DNA of 64,000 nucleotides from the human T2T-CHM13v2.0 reference genome, Homo sapiens: assembly GCF_009914755.1 (NCBI RefSeq), contig NC_060927.1. One strand, 5' to 3'. Made by a program: the position numbers and the translations under genes. Below, one piece after another: positions 1 to 14,604 of this stretch. Within the stretch, counting starts at the first letter, position 1, and each line of letters opens with the position of its first letter. A model generated the notes under the pieces. It was not told the origin of the DNA. It worked only from the letters and a program-made list of their open reading frames with translations, and did not search any database.

Positions 1-3000
1 ACCTAACATATGGTCTATCCTTTAAAATGATTCATGTTCTAAGGAGAACAATGTATATTCTGCAGCAGTTGAAGAAAAGTTCTATAAATATGTTTTAGGC
101 CCATTTGGTCTATTGCATAGATTAAGTCCAATGTTTCCCTGTTGATTTTCTGTCTGGATTATCTGTCTAATGCTGAAAATGGGGTGTTTAAGTCTCCAGC
201 AGAAAGGATAATCACTATAGGCTTCCATTCAGCCATGTTGCTTTGCCTACTCTGTAATCTAGATCATATTATTTTATTCATTCCGCCAATCTATATCTTT
301 TTAAATGGTACATTTAATCCACTTACATTTAAAGTTGATATTGACATGTTAGGATTTGTTTTTCATACCACTAATTTTTATTTAGTTCTTTGCCACTTCA
401 TTTTTGTAATTGTTTTATAAGATCTGTAGGTTTTATACTTTTATTTGTTTTTATGATAGCGAGTATTGTCCTTTTGTTTCCATGTTTAGAACAACCTTGA
501 ACATTTCTTGTAGGGCCAGTCAAGTGATGATGAATTTCCTGAGCATTTTCTTTTCTGAAAAAGGCTGTATTTCTCCTTCATGTATAAAGCTTATTCTAGC
601 AGAATGCAAAATTCAAGGTTGACAGTTTTATACATAAATCACTTTGAACATATAATCCAGTCTCTTCTGGTTTGTAAGATTTCTGCTGAGAAATCTTTTC
701 TTAGTATAATGGGGTTACCTTTATAGGTGACTAGATACTTTTGCTGAATTTAGAATTTTTTATTTCATTTTGACCTTAGATAGTGTGATGACTATATGTC
801 ATGGTGAGGTCCTTTTGTAATATATTTTTCTGGAGTTTGTTGAGCCTTTACTATCTGAATGACTAAATATTTTGCTGGACTAGACAAGTTTTCCTCAATA
901 TTTCCTCAAATAGGTTTTTCAAGCATTTTACCTTTTCTTGTCCCTTGGGAATACCTGTGATTTTTTTAGGTCCAGATGTTTTACATAGTCCCATATTTCT
1001 TGAAGCCTTTGTTCATCTTTTAGTTCTTTTTCTTTCTTTTTTTTTTGTCTCACTGGATTCATTCAGAAGAACTGTTTTCAATTTCTGAGATTATTGCTTC
1101 TTCTTAGTCTAGTTGACTATTGAAGTTTTCACCTATAGTTTGTAATTCCTTCAATGAATGTTTCATTTCCAAAAGTTATGTTGGTTTGTTTGTTTTCAAT
1201 AAAAATACCTGCCTTTTGGTAAATTTCTCATTCATATCAGAATTAATTTTCTGATGTCTTTGTATTTGTTTTCAAATTTGTCTTGGATGTCATTGACCTT
1301 CTTTAAAATCAGTATTTTGACTTCTTTATCTAGTATTCCAAAAATTTTATTTTGGTTAGGGTCCAATGCTAGAGAGTTAGTGTGATCCTTTTGGGGTGCT
1401 GTAACACCCTGTTTTCTTATACTTCCTGATATAGTTTGGATTTTTGTTCCCATCCAAATCTCATGTTTAATTGTAATCCCCAGTGTTGGAAGAGGGGCTG
1501 GTAGAAGTTGATTGAATCATGAGGGCAGACCTCTTCCTTGCTGAACACTTGTGAGTGAGTTCTCACAAGATCTGATTGTTTAAAAGTGTGTAGCACCTCT
1601 ATCTTTTCTCTCTTTCTCCTGCTTCAGCTATGTAAGATGTGCCTACTTCTTCTTCATCTTCCACCATGCTTAAGTTTCCTGAGGCCACCTCAGCCCTGGT
1701 TCCTATACAGCCTGTGGAGCTGTGAGCCAATTAAACCTCTTTTCTTTATTAATTACCCAATCTCAGGTATTTCTTTATAGCAGTGTAAGAATGAACTAAT
1801 ACAGAAAATTGGTATTGAGGAGTTGGGCATTGCTATAAAGATACCTGAAACTGTAGAAACAACTTTGGAACTGGGTAGTGGGCAGAGGTTGGAACAGTTT
1901 GGAGGGCTCAGAAGACAGAAAGATGAGGGAAAGTTTGGAGCTTACTAGAGACTTGTTAAATTGATATGACCAAAATGCTGATAGCGATATGAACAATGAG
2001 TCCAGGCTGAGATGGTCTCAGATATAGATGAAGAACTTATTGGGAACTAGAGCAGAAGTCACTTTTGTTATGCTTTAATAAAGAGGTTGGAGGCATTGTT
2101 CCCCTGCCTTAAGGATCTGTGAAACTTTGACCTTGAGAGTGATGATTTAGCATATCTGGCGGAAAGAATTTCTAAGCAGCAAAGCATTCAAGAGGTGGCC
2201 TGGCTGCTTCTAACAGCATATGCTCATATGTGTGAACAAAGAGATCATCTGAAACTGGAACTTGCATTTAAAAGGGAAGCAGTGCATAGGAGTTTGGAAA
2301 ATTTGCAGCCTGGCCATGTGGTAGAAAAGAAAAACCAATTTTCAGGAGAGGAATTCAAGAAGTCTGCAGAAATTTGCATAAGTACAGAGGAGTCAAATGT
2401 TAAAAGCCAAAGCAATGGGGAAAATGCCTCTAAGCCATTTCAAAAACCTTCATGGCAGCCCCTCCCATTACAGGCCCAGAGACCTAGGAGGGAAAATGGA
2501 TTTGTGGGCCAGGCCCAGGACCCTGCTGACCTGCACAGTCTTGAGACACTGCTCCCTGCATCCCAGCTGCTCCAGCTCCAGCCATGGCTAAAAGGGCCCC
2601 AGATACATCTCAGGCCTCTGCTCCAGAAGGTGCAAGCCATAAGCTTTGGCAGCTTCCATGTGGTGTTAAGCCTGTGGGTGTGCAGAGTACAAGAGCTGAG
2701 GCTTGGGAGCCTCTGCCTAGATTTGAGAGGATGTATGAAAACACCTGGATGTCCAGGCAGAAGTCTGCTGCAGGAGCAGAGCCCTCATGGAGAACCTCTA
2801 TTAGGGCAATGCAGAGGGGAAATGTGGGATTGGAGCCCCTACACAGAATCCCCCCAGGGCACTGCCTATTGAAGCTGTGAGAAGAGGGCCATTGTCCTCT
2901 AGACCCCAGAATGGTAGATCCATTGACAGCTTGCACTGTATTTGTGGAAAAGCTGCAGGCACTCAATACCATCCTGTGAGAGCAGCCATGTGAGCTGAGC

Positions 3001-5790
3001 CCTGGAGAGCCACAGGGGAGGATCTGCCCAGTGTTTTGGGAGCCCACCCCTTGCATCACTGTGGCCTGGATATGAGACATGGAGTCAAAGGATATTATTT
3101 TAGAGCTTTAAGATTTAATGACTGCCCTGCTGGGTTTCAGACTTGCATGGGGCCTGTAGCCCCTTTGTTTCTGCTGATTTCTCCCTTTTGGAACAGGGGT
3201 ATTTAGCCAATACCTGTACCCCCCATTTTATCTTGGAAGTAACTAACTTGTTTTTGATTTTACAGGCTAGGTGGAAAGGACTTGCCTTGTCTCAGATGAC
3301 ACTTTGGACTGTGAACTTATGAGTTAATGATGAAATGAGTTAAGACTTTGGGGGACTGTTAGGAAGGGATGATTGTACTTTGAAATATGAGAAGGACATG
3401 AGATTTGGGAGGGGCCAGGGGCTGAATGATATGGTTTGGATTTGTGTCCCTGCTCCAATCTCATGTCAAATTGTCATTCCCAATGTCAGAGGAGGGACCT
3501 GGTAGGAGGTGATTGGATCATGGAAGCTGACTTCCCCCTTGCTGTTCTCATGATAGTCAGTGAGTACTCCCAAGATCTGGTTGTTTAAAAGTGTGTAGCA
3601 TCTCCCCCTCCTCTTTCTTCCTACGACACTGACCATGTAAGATGTGCCTCTTTACCTTTGCTTTCCGCCATGGTTGTAAGTTTCCTGAGGCCTCCTCAGC
3701 CATGCTTCCTCTACAGTTTGCAGAACCATGAGCTAATTAAACCTCTTTTTTTAATAAATTACCCAGTCTCAGGTATTTCTTTAGAGCACTGTGAGAATGG
3801 GCTAGTACACTTCCAGAATTTTTACACTGTTCCTTCTCATCTGGAGAAATTATCACTTCTTATCTTTGAATTTACTCCCATTTAGATGGGAATTTTTCCC
3901 CTTTGAGCAGTATTACTATAATGAATATTGACTAATTAACTAAGGTCATTTGGCTTTGCTTCTGGGTGCTCTCAGTGGCAAAATCTCTGTATGAATTCCT
4001 TGGTTATAGATAACTTTAATGTTGTGGTTTTCTCAAATGCTGGTTGTAGTAGTGTATTGGGCATATGAGTAGGCTCACAGCCTCCTGCAGAAGTGGGGTG
4101 GCAGAGATCTCAAGAATCTTATCTTCTTCCCAAGAACTGTGCAATTTATGTCAGAAGAGTTTGTATTCAGTTGTGCAATTTGATTTTCAGGCCAGCAGTC
4201 AGGGCTTGCCAGTAAGTGCTAGCTGTGGTGGTAGCAATACCATCTATGCTTGATATTTGTTTAGCAGGAGAAACTCTCTTGTGCCTCAGGCAATGGGCTG
4301 GCCCGTGGAACACACAGTAGCCTGGGCACCATGCTCAGCTCTGGGTTGGGGAGGGAGCAAAACGTAGTAGGTCTGGACCAAGCAATCTGCCATTGGGTCC
4401 CCCAATGGTAGGCACAAGCATCAGCCATGACAGGGGTCATGGGGGAGTGGCATAGACTATATGATCTCCTTGGTTATAAATAGCCTTAGTGTGGTGGCTT
4501 TCCCAAATGTCAGTTGTAGTAGTAATGTACTGGGCTGGTGAGTGGGCTTCCTAAGTAACTCAGGCAGTGTGGATGATGGTAGCAAAGGTTGTGCAAAGTT
4601 TGTCTCTTTCCTGAGCACTTGTATCAGCAGATGTTGTGTAGGCTGACCTCCTAGCAAGTAGGTGGCTCTTGCAGGTGGGAGCCAGCTATAGTTGTGGCAG
4701 CAATGTTTATTATGCTTGACTTTTGTTAACCAGGAGAAGTACTCAGATGTTCCAGGGTACGTGCTGGGACGTGACACTCCCAGGGGTCCTAGTCTCATGC
4801 TCTGCCTTCTAGGTGGATGAGGAAGAAAATAAATGCCAGGTAGGGCTGGGTTGGGCAAGTCTGTGCTCAGGCTCCCAAAAGCTGAGCACAAGCACTGGGG
4901 CCTGAGGGAGTTGGAGTCAGAAGGCAGTTCTCAGGCCACTGAGGCAATGCTTCAGTGAGAAATGGAACAACTTCTTCCACTCCAAAGAACCAGTGGGAGA
5001 AAGAGGGGTGGCTAGGTTTCCCAGGCAAGCAGGCAGTAGTGGGACCCATACCCCTTCTATGCTCTGAACCTGGTGGGGCTCCCTCCCATGCCCTACTAAA
5101 AGCAGCAAGCTGAAACACTCAGCCAAGACTCAAGCAGTCTGTCCTCAGATCATGAAAGTGTCCCAGACCACAAAACTCCCTGCCTGGGATGAAAACCACA
5201 GCTCCCAGGCCATACCCCTCCCAGCTCTGTCCCAGGAAGTGGAGGCACCCAACTCTCACACCCATGGCTTAAGCCCTTGCCACAGTCACCTCTCAGATCT
5301 GGCCATGTGGGCTCCTCCTCCACTTGAGACTAGATTGCAAATCTCTGTCCCTGAGGTTCTCCAAACTAGTGACTGCTGCCCATGCTGACTGGCAGATTTC
5401 TGTGTAGCCTGCTATGAGTTAGGATCAGGAACATCCTTCTTTTATGGGTGCCAGGGTCTGGAAGCATGCATAAAGCACTTCCTGCTGCCACTCCTTCTCA
5501 CAGTCTCCCTACTACTTCCCAAATCAGATCCAGCATTTGGAAGGGTCAAGTAGTTCCTGTGTGGCCTGGATTGCTCAGTTCCCCAGAGAGAATGTGTATT
5601 GCAGAGATACTCTCCCCATCTCATGCACTGGGGACCCAGCCACCATTTTCCACTGGACCCACAGCATAGGACATTGCCCATCGTATTTTTAAAAGTATCT
5701 GAAGTTTCTTTCATTTTTATGTTGAACTCCTGTGTTCCTTCTTGGATAAAAGTTTTACAGTGTGAATCTCTTATATTTAGTAAGAGAAGA
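1..5790 (-). mobile_element. Old L1 (L1PB/L1MA-like) 5' half: 5'UTR, ORF1 and ORF2 start, split by an MST provirus at 1427-3809
   Basis: ORF 1232-1453(-) gives ...TAPQKDHTNSLALDPNQNKIFGILDKEVKILILKK, an L1 ORF1 N-terminus-like peptide. T-rich antisense L1 text fills 1-1426 and resumes at 3815, followed by a GC-richer 5'UTR-like stretch to ~5790. Confidence 0.8.
1427..3809 (+). mobile_element. Full-length MaLR provirus (MSTA/THE1D-type): LTR 1427-1803, internal 1804-3426, LTR 3427-3809
   Basis: Both LTRs start TGATAT(A/G)GTTTGG and end ...TACA. A perfect 5-bp TSD CTTCC lies at 1422-1426 and 3810-3814. The internal region is typical MST-int. Confidence 0.95.
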
Positions 5791-5875
5791 GGCAAAAATC
5801 TTTGTCAATGAGGGAAAAGTCTGATACATTTTGCTGATATGCTGTGGAACAAGTACTGTACAAAAGAGATAGTGT

Positions 5876-6060
5876 ACATTCTCAAAGCATGGTTCATGGA
5901 TCATCCATGTCAGAATTGCCTGGGAAAGCTAAGTAGAATTCAGATTCTGACTCTTTCTTTAATTCTAATAAATAAGAATCTCTAGAGATGGGCCCCAGGG
6001 AGTAAATGTTTAACACTCACCAGATGTAATTTTAATGAATATTAGGTTTGAGAATGACTG
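5876..6060. mobile_element. MER5-type hAT-Charlie relic
   Basis: ttctcaaag...tcagaat...cagattctg...tttgagaa pattern with terminal inverted similarity. Confidence 0.65.
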
Positions 6061-6357
6061 AACGAGTGTGTTATTTTATCTAAAATCATTTGTTTTATTT
6101 GCTAAGTTTATGTTTTTCATTATTCTTTACAGACTTACTTTAATTATATTCAGAAGAAAATGTATTATAAGCGGTCAATGGAATATTATAAATAAAATAA
6201 GAGGTACATTTCAAATCTTTGACTATACATGTATGTTGCTTTTTGCATCTGGGCACTTTTAAAAATGCAAGTGTTAAGAAATGGACATCGTTTTAGTGTC
6301 TGGAGCATGGATTTATTGATGCAATTTTATGTTAAAGCAGTGATTTAGTTTTCCAAG

Positions 6358-6449
6358 GGTACCAACAAAATCAGTAACGAGAAGCGAGCACAGCTCCGGG
6401 AATCATTCATGTTAAAAGGCACCATAGGCACTGCCAATGGGCAATGTTG
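6358..6449 (+). other. Candidate spliced exon in unique sequence (possible lncRNA or decayed gene)
   Basis: Acceptor ttttccaag| and donor TTG|gtgagt, with 3 retained CpGs. Neighbouring exon-like units are 6133-6203 and an acceptor at 6518. Confidence 0.3.
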
Positions 6450-8039
6450 GTGAGTTCTGCTTTAAATGCTAAGATCTGTCAAGAGTATAAAAAATGTCCT
6501 TTCCTGTGTGTTTGTCAGGTTGTGGAACAGCTGGTCAAATTAGGCAGTCTGGAATTGGAGTCGTGTGAGCTAGGGCAAATGTTTCCTATGACCACTTCCC
6601 ATTTTTTCTCAGTTCCTCTCTCTCTCATTTGCCCGTTTTACCACAGCTCTTCACTTCTGTTGACGAAGTTTGGACTGTATCATATCTATTCTAGATTATT
6701 TCCAAAACTTCTGACCTGACTTCCTGGTCTTCATTCTCTCTCTTCTACCTAAAACCAGATCTCTTTCATTTTTTAACTTAAAATCTTTCAATGAATGGGC
6801 ACTCATTACCTGTGGGGGGTCAAGTCCAAAATCCTCACCATCCCAATGAAGATTCTCTGGCTCCTGCGAACCTTTCACCTCCTTTACTTCACTCACATGC
6901 AATTTGCAGCATGCATCCATGTTATATCACATTGATTGCAATTCATTGAAGCATTCCTGCACTTTTTTCTCCCTATTTCTTCCTCATAGGTCAAAAGATA
7001 TGGAATGCAACAAACCAAATCTCATGAAAGTGTACACTGCTGGCCAAGGCTTTCAAAGGACAAAAAAACTTTTCCTTTCATCATCAGCCTGTGAGCTCCC
7101 AAATTATATAACTGCTATGGGGAGAGCATACACATCATCTTGTTCTCAAGTCTTTTCACCTTATCCTGTGGAAAGTTGTCCTGGGAAGTCCCTCTGATCT
7201 TTTTATGAACTGGTGGCATCTTATGACAGTCCTTTTAGGACTGGGGTGTTTTCCTGAACACCATGGCATTGAAATGCCTTCCCCATATACAGCCTTACCT
7301 TATCAGCTCATTATCCACAGCACCTTGTCTTACATCCTATCTATCCTATCAGCTGGGGGAAAGGTGAAGCGCCCGAGGCAAAGGGAGAGGGCCATCAAAT
7401 GGTGTCTCATACAGATAAGAAAACAGGAAGAAGGGCTCTAATGTTGCTTACTCTTGCAGCAGTTATTACTCCAGGCCCTAGTTTTGCCTAAGTTGGGAGT
7501 CTAACATAATTATAGTTTTCAATTAGAATATAGGGGAACTTTAATATTCCCTCTCCTGCTTGCTAAAGATTTACCTAGGGTTAAATATTAATGAGATGAA
7601 AATTTAATAATTCTCCTCAATTTCTAACATTTTTTCCTTTTCTCCAAAAAAAAAAAAAAAAAAAAAAAAAATCCCCAGCTGTCTACAGATGCTTGCTCTC
7701 CAACAAGATTCTTGGATGCTTTAGGTCAAATATTCTTTCTGTCTTTCAAATAGAAATGATTTTATTAGATTGCTTGATTAAAAAATTGTATGGTAAGCTG
7801 TTAGGGGCTGCGTGTGTTTGTAAGACAGGCAGAGACAGACCAAGAGCAGAACATGGTTTGAAAGTGATCATAAAACAATTTCATTAAGAATTGTTTGTTC
7901 TTCTTTCCTTCCTTCTTTCTTCCCTTCCTCTGTCCCTCCATTTCCTTTTTCTCTCTATTCTCTTTTTTCATTTCTCCACTCTTTCTCTCTCCTGCACTCT
8001 TTTCCTTTTCTTTTCCTCTCTCTCACTCTTTTTCCTTTT

Positions 8040-9290
8040 GTTTTTGCCTTTGCTTTCATCCATTTATTGAACAATATATCAAGCTGAACATTAGAGATAA
8101 AAAATATGAAAGAAAATTGTTACCGCTTTTAGGGACTACACAAGCTAGTGTTGAGAGAAACATGTGGGTACACAGTTAACCATGAGATTTGGGCTTAAAC
8201 TGATTTTTTTAAAGGAAGGAAGGCTTTTCTCTCTTCTGTTTCTTCTTGTATTTATTCTTTCATGATGGCAGGATAGTCTGAGAACTGTAAATCACTCTCT
8301 TAAATATCATGTGGACTGAGTTTGAGAATGCTGATAAAAAGGGTCTCATTTCCATATAAAACAGGATAAGGGATTTGACATTTGCCCTGAAGTCAGCGAG
8401 AAGCCACTACTAAAAGATTTTAGCAAGATAATAAGATTATCATGTTATTAGAAAAAATATTTTGATAATAGTGAGAAGGGGAGATAGGTAGTGGAGTTCA
8501 GTCTGGGGGCATTAGAAGTAAGGAAATCTTTCAGGAAGATATTGCCATCATCTAGACAATGATAAGGTCCTGGACTAAATCACTGGAAGTCAGGCATCTA
8601 GAGAAGATATGAGGTTTTAACCTACAGAAAAGATATGGGTGATTGATGAAAAGGGGGATGTTTTAGATGGCCCCCAGTTCTGAGCATTTGGTGCTGTTGA
8701 CAATGAGGGGAAGGCCGGGCATTGGGATGAAGGAAGGGTGAAGATGGGTTCAATTTTCAATATGTTGGATTTGAAGTCTCTTACTAGATATCCAACATAT
8801 ATTTAGGAGGAAGATGGGTTTGGAACTCAGAAGAGAGATTGGTATTAAAAATGTAGCTTTGGAAGTTGACAGTCTATAGATGGTGGTTGAGAGCATGGCA
8901 GTGGGTATAATCACTTGAGGATGGAGTGAAGAGTGAAAAAAATTAAAGGAGAAACACCAGAATCTTGGGCAACACTAATACTTAGGGGAATAAATTATGG
9001 TAACTAAGGAGACAGACTAAATAGACTGTGAGGCAGAAAGAAGGGCTAAGACGAGTGGTTTCATCGGAACAGGGGAAGACAAATTTCAAGAAATAATAAA
9101 TGAAGCCCAACAATAAATATGTAGAGATTCCAAGTAATAAAGGGACTGGAGGATAATAAATGAATTTAGCAACAAGGTGTTCACTGGGGATGCGATGTGA
9201 CAGTAGAGCAGGGTGGGAAGTGGACGGCACATGGTGCAGTTGAGGAGAGGTGGGGAGCACGGAGAAGCTGTATGAGAGCTCATAAGGTGA
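8040..9290 (+). mobile_element. L2 fragments
   Basis: catttattgaac..., ttcaattttcaatatgttggatttgaagt, ggtttggaactcagaagagag: L2-like motifs. Confidence 0.65.
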
Positions 9291-10830
9291 GGGCTATGAT
9301 GGGGAGACATTAGCAACACTAAGCTGATGGCAGAGAAGCTGTGAGTCAGGGGCCTCGATGTGTGTATTCTGCTTGTTGGAGGTTGGGGTAAGGGCTGGCT
9401 CTTCGGTGGAGACTGAGGGGCCGGAACTGAAGAGGACAAAGATGTGTCAGTATTATGCCACTGCAGGAGCAGACAGAGGGGCTGTCCAACCTTGGCTGGC
9501 TCAGAGCCCACCTTAAGCTGCAGCCCAAGAGCAGGCTGAAATGGCCTTGAGCACCTGGGATGGCTCTGTGAAAACACACGGGGTCAGGAAACTGACCCTA
9601 CAGTCTCTTCTTTTGTAATTCAATCTCAATACTGTAGAAGGAGGAAAAGAAGGAAAATAAGTACTTGTCCTCTATCTCTGCTCATCTCACTGCCCAGTTC
9701 ACATCAAATTCCTCCAAAAAGAAAATAAAAGAAAAAAAGCTGGTCTCTGCTTTGCCAATCCCACTTACAATACTTAAAGAAGAAAGAAAGATGTGAGCTC
9801 ATTTTTAGAGGAGGGTTCACATTAGATTTTACTCTGGGAACATTTTTATTAGTTATGTCACTGGGTTAAACGTTTTGTATTTTTTTCTTCTTTAAATTTC
9901 TTGTTCTATTATGTTTTAAGAGGGGTTTGAAAGGTTTTAGTGTGTATCCATGCCAAAAAGAAGAAAGTCTTAAAAGAAAGAGGCAGGGGATTCTAGAAAG
10001 AAACAAGCTCTGAAGTGATGAGAGGTGTCAGACACAGAGTAGTGATGAAGATAGGAGGAGAGAGCCCTTCCACTGAACTGGGAGACCAGGGAAGAGAACC
10101 CAGATCTGAAAAGCCAAGGATATAACTTCCTGTTCATTGACCTCTAATTTTTCCATATGAGAAAGACTAATCTTGGACCTGGGGTATGTTCATGGCTGGG
10201 CTGCCAGTGTGACTGGGCATAATGGGTGGATTGGAGAAACAGACCCCAGAGCAGCTGGTTATATGATCCAGCTTCCAGGAGAGCTTCTTTGGTGAAATGA
10301 TGGAGAAGGAAGTTTTAGTTGGGATAAGGGGAGAATAAAGGTGAAGATGGAAAAAAAAAATAAGATATATGAATTTATAACCCCTCTGAAAGAAGGCCAC
10401 AAACAAAACGTGAAGGAGCTGTTGTGTGTGAGATATGGAGGCAGCAGCTGGCTCCAGGCCACACAGTTAGTTGAAACACAGGCCTACTTGGCACCTAGAG
10501 GACCTCGGCACTTTGGTTCCTTGTACTTAAATGACAGAAGCCTTGGGACCAAAGGGATTCATGGAAAACATGGAGGAACTCAGAGGATGCCCAGTTGAAG
10601 ATGCTTATTGGCCTCCACATGTCTCAGTGTCTCTCAGTTTGAAGTAGATAATCCATGCAGGTGTCCAGAAAATCATGGGACTGAGGTCCCAAGGGAGCAG
10701 ATGAGGGCAAGGGCTATGTTAATTCACATTATATTTTCTAAAAGAAAGAGGCCAGGTTTCTACATCTTGGGGAGAGGAGTAAAGTTTATTAGAGAAGGGT
10801 ACAGAGTCCTGTCTTGGGACAATGAAAGAT

Positions 10831-11087
10831 TATTATTATTATTTTGAGAGACAGGGCATTGCTCTGTTGTCCAGGTTGGAGTGCAGTGGCAAAATTACAC
10901 CTCACTATAACCTCAAATTCCTAGGCTCAAGTGATCCTCCCATCTCAGCTTCCCAAGTAGTTAGGACTGTAGGCACGGGTCACCATACCTGGATTTTTAT
11001 TTTTTTTCATAGAGATGGGGTGTTGCTATATTGCCCAGGCTGGTCTCAAACTCCTGGCCTCAAGTGATCCTTCTGTCTCCCAAAGCA
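10831..11087 (-). mobile_element. AluJ, degenerate and truncated
   Basis: (TAT)n tail, then gagacaggg...gctctgttgtccagg...ctcaagtgatcc. Confidence 0.85.
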
Positions 11088-11296
11088 AATGGGAGATTAC
11101 TGGAGAGTTTGGAGAGCCTAGCTGAGAATGGTGAAAATGAGCTTGCAGTGCTATTATTTATCAGCTTTTCCTCAGTGTTTAGCAGCTTGTACTTCAGAAT
11201 GCAGAAAGCAGGCAGCTAAATTAATTCTGTGTTGAGTCATTTCCAAAAGAAAGTAGAGGGACAAGTTCACAGTAAGAGAACCTTAAAGAATTCCCA

Positions 11297-12050
<754 letters not shown>

Positions 12051-12159
12051 CAATCAAAAGTGACATATTCACTCTACCGTTCTGTTTTTGAGCCCACATC
12101 TTCATTTTGTTTAAGAGACTTTGTCCTATTTCTTTTTAACATCCTGATTTGCCAAAGTG

Positions 12160-12588
12160 CATTAGTTAGGATAGTTTTGCTTGCAAGGATGGAATGCTAA
12201 ATCAACCTGGAGTAAACAATAAGGACATTTATGAGTGCATAGAGGTAGGAAGGGCTCCAAGTATGATACAACCACAGCCATGACTCTGTTTTGCTGTTTG
12301 TAATTTGGCTCTGCCTTTTCCCATGTGTTGTCCTCAGGTCAACTTCCTTTGTGGTTGTAAGATGGCTGCCAATAGCAGGGAGGATAACATGGTTTCTTGT
12401 TTTTGTCCAGAGGGAGGGTGACAATGAGAGAAAGTGTAAATGAAAGACTATTCTTTCAACCTTATTAGGACATCCTCCTAGAGTGGACCATCCTGATTTG
12501 CTTAGGAGTGAGAGATTTCTTGGGATGTGGGACGTTCAGCACTAAAACCAAGAAAGTCCTGGGCAAACCCAGATGGTTGGTCACCCAA
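12160..12588. mobile_element. MLT1-type LTR fragment followed by a MER81-type hAT MITE (12479-12588)
   Basis: attagttaggatagttttgcttgcaag...aagatggctgcc (MLT1J/K-like), then ...ctaaaaccaagaaagtcctgggcaaaccc...ttggtcaccc (MER81-like). Confidence 0.6.
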
Positions 12589-13239
12589 GCAACTATACCT
12601 AGACCAGTAATCATTACCAGGAAAACACCTGAACTAGTTGGCTTAAACCAAGATTCCTGGCAAAGGGATGGGTACTTGCGATTGGTTTGGACACATGTTT
12701 CTAGTCTGTCTGTATCAGAGGCAACTGGGGGCAGATTCCCGGACCTCCAGATCTATGGATTCAGACTCTCTGGGCATGAAGATTGGAAATCAATTGTTAT
12801 CAAGCAGTACAGATGGTAGTCCTACATACTTGTGCTTGGAGAAACACTGATTTAGACCTCAGCTCTGAAGCTGGGGTCAACACCCAAAATGGCATGACTA
12901 ATACACAGTTGGGCAGGGCTAAGAAGGATATTAGAGAATCACACACCTGTACTCAGCTATTTTATTTCCCTGGTTTTATAGTCAAGTCATCCTGCCTCTC
13001 AGAAGGGAAGGAAACTGTTCTTAGATAAACAAACCATTTTGCATCCTAGTAATGCCCAGTGGTACTTGACTTCTCTTACTAAGTACTCATAAACCATGTC
13101 TGAGGTTCGCTCTTACTTTTTCGTCCTGGAATCAGCATCAAACTCACAACCAGTAAGTTTGTAGAAGTCATGATGTTCTTTAAAACAATTTTTTTTGAAA
13201 GTTAGAGCAGTATTTCATTGTGTTCAGTCTTTGAAGAAG

Positions 13240-13480
13240 CAGTATAGATATTTGAGTTTAAGAAATTGAACTCTGGTCAGGCAAACTAGGTGACGAATCT
13301 CAGCCCCTAATTTGCATATAGTGATTTTGCATATATTTGGTAACTTCTTAAAACATATCATCTGCAAAATAGAATAATGATAGAACTTACCTCATTGGAC
13401 TGCTGAAAGAATTAAATGAAATAATGTTTATAAAGTTTTTAGCACAGTGCTTGTCTCATTAAATAATCAGTAAATTTTGA
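13240..13480 (+). mobile_element. MIR
   Basis: catctgcaaaatagaataatgatag...acctcattggactgctgaaagaattaaatgaaataatg core. Confidence 0.7.
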
Positions 13481-14135
13481 TAATCAATATTCTGCCTCTT
13501 CATTCATTCATTGTTTGAGATATTCTGAGCACTGAGTCCCAGGGCTAGGGAGAATGCCTGGCACTAAAGAATGCAAAGATAAGGAGTAGTCCCTGCTGTT
13601 AGAAAGCTAACAGTACTGGCATTAAACTATAATGCCATTATAGTAGATTTACATATAATATACCAGGAGGAAGGAATGATTAATTTGGGGGATGATCTGG
13701 GTCCTGAAAAATAAGCAGAAGTTTTGTAGATTTCTAGATAAATATGGGAGAAGAGGGAGACAGAAGGATATTCCAGAGAAAGGGTGCAACATGAGCGTTA
13801 ATAAAGGCATAGGGACACACAAGGGTAGGGCCCCTTTGTGGATGTAAGTAGTTTTGACGGGTGGAATGCAGGGTTCAGGTCAGTAGCAGTGGTGGATGAT
13901 AGAGAAGTACTCAGGGGCTGACTCGGGGTTTTCTGGAAGAGTGTGGACTTTTATTCTAGAGATAGAATAGAGTTTTAAGCAGAGGAATTAGATGCCTGAT
14001 CACATTTGTGTTCTGGAAAGACCAATCTGGGGACCATGAGGTGATGACTTGGAGGGTGGTGAGGCGATTAAATTTGTTAAGATCCTGAAGCAATTCAAGT
14101 GAGAGCTGATTAGGTCTTAAACCAAGAGAGGGATA

Positions 14136-14604
14136 CAGGTTGCACAACCCTAATCTGAAAACCCAAAATCTGAAATGCTCCAAAATTTGAAATGTTTTGA
14201 GTGCCAATATGACACAAGTGAAACATTTTACACTTGATCTCATGTAACAGGTTGTGGTCAAAATGCAGGTGCACCACATACAGCTGTGATATATCCTTTC
14301 CACCGTGCCCTGAGTACCCCCCACAACAAGTCCACAGAGGGTAATAAAATGTCACATGTGAAGGCCCAATGTGCCAAAGGCAGGTTCTCCATAAAGCCCC
14401 ACAATTAATAAAAATATTGTATGAAATTACTTTCAGGTTATGTGTATAAGGTGTATACAAAATGCAGGTGAATTTCATGTTTAGACTTGAATTCCATCCC
14501 CAAGGTATTCCATCATGTATATGCAAACATTCCAAAATCTGAAAAAATCCCAAATTTTAAACACGTCTAGTCCCAAGCATTTTGAATAAGTGATACTCAA
14601 CCTG
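14136..14604. mobile_element. Tigger4/MER46-type TcMar element nested in L2 (13500-14950)
   Basis: Terminal inverted repeats CAGGTTG...CAACCTG after a TA dinucleotide, with the aaaatctgaaatgctccaaaat motif. Confidence 0.85.

Noticed and set aside
2195-3080. 225-aa and overlapping ORFs
   Set aside because: They lie within the MST internal region, so they are degenerate MaLR sequence rather than a host gene.
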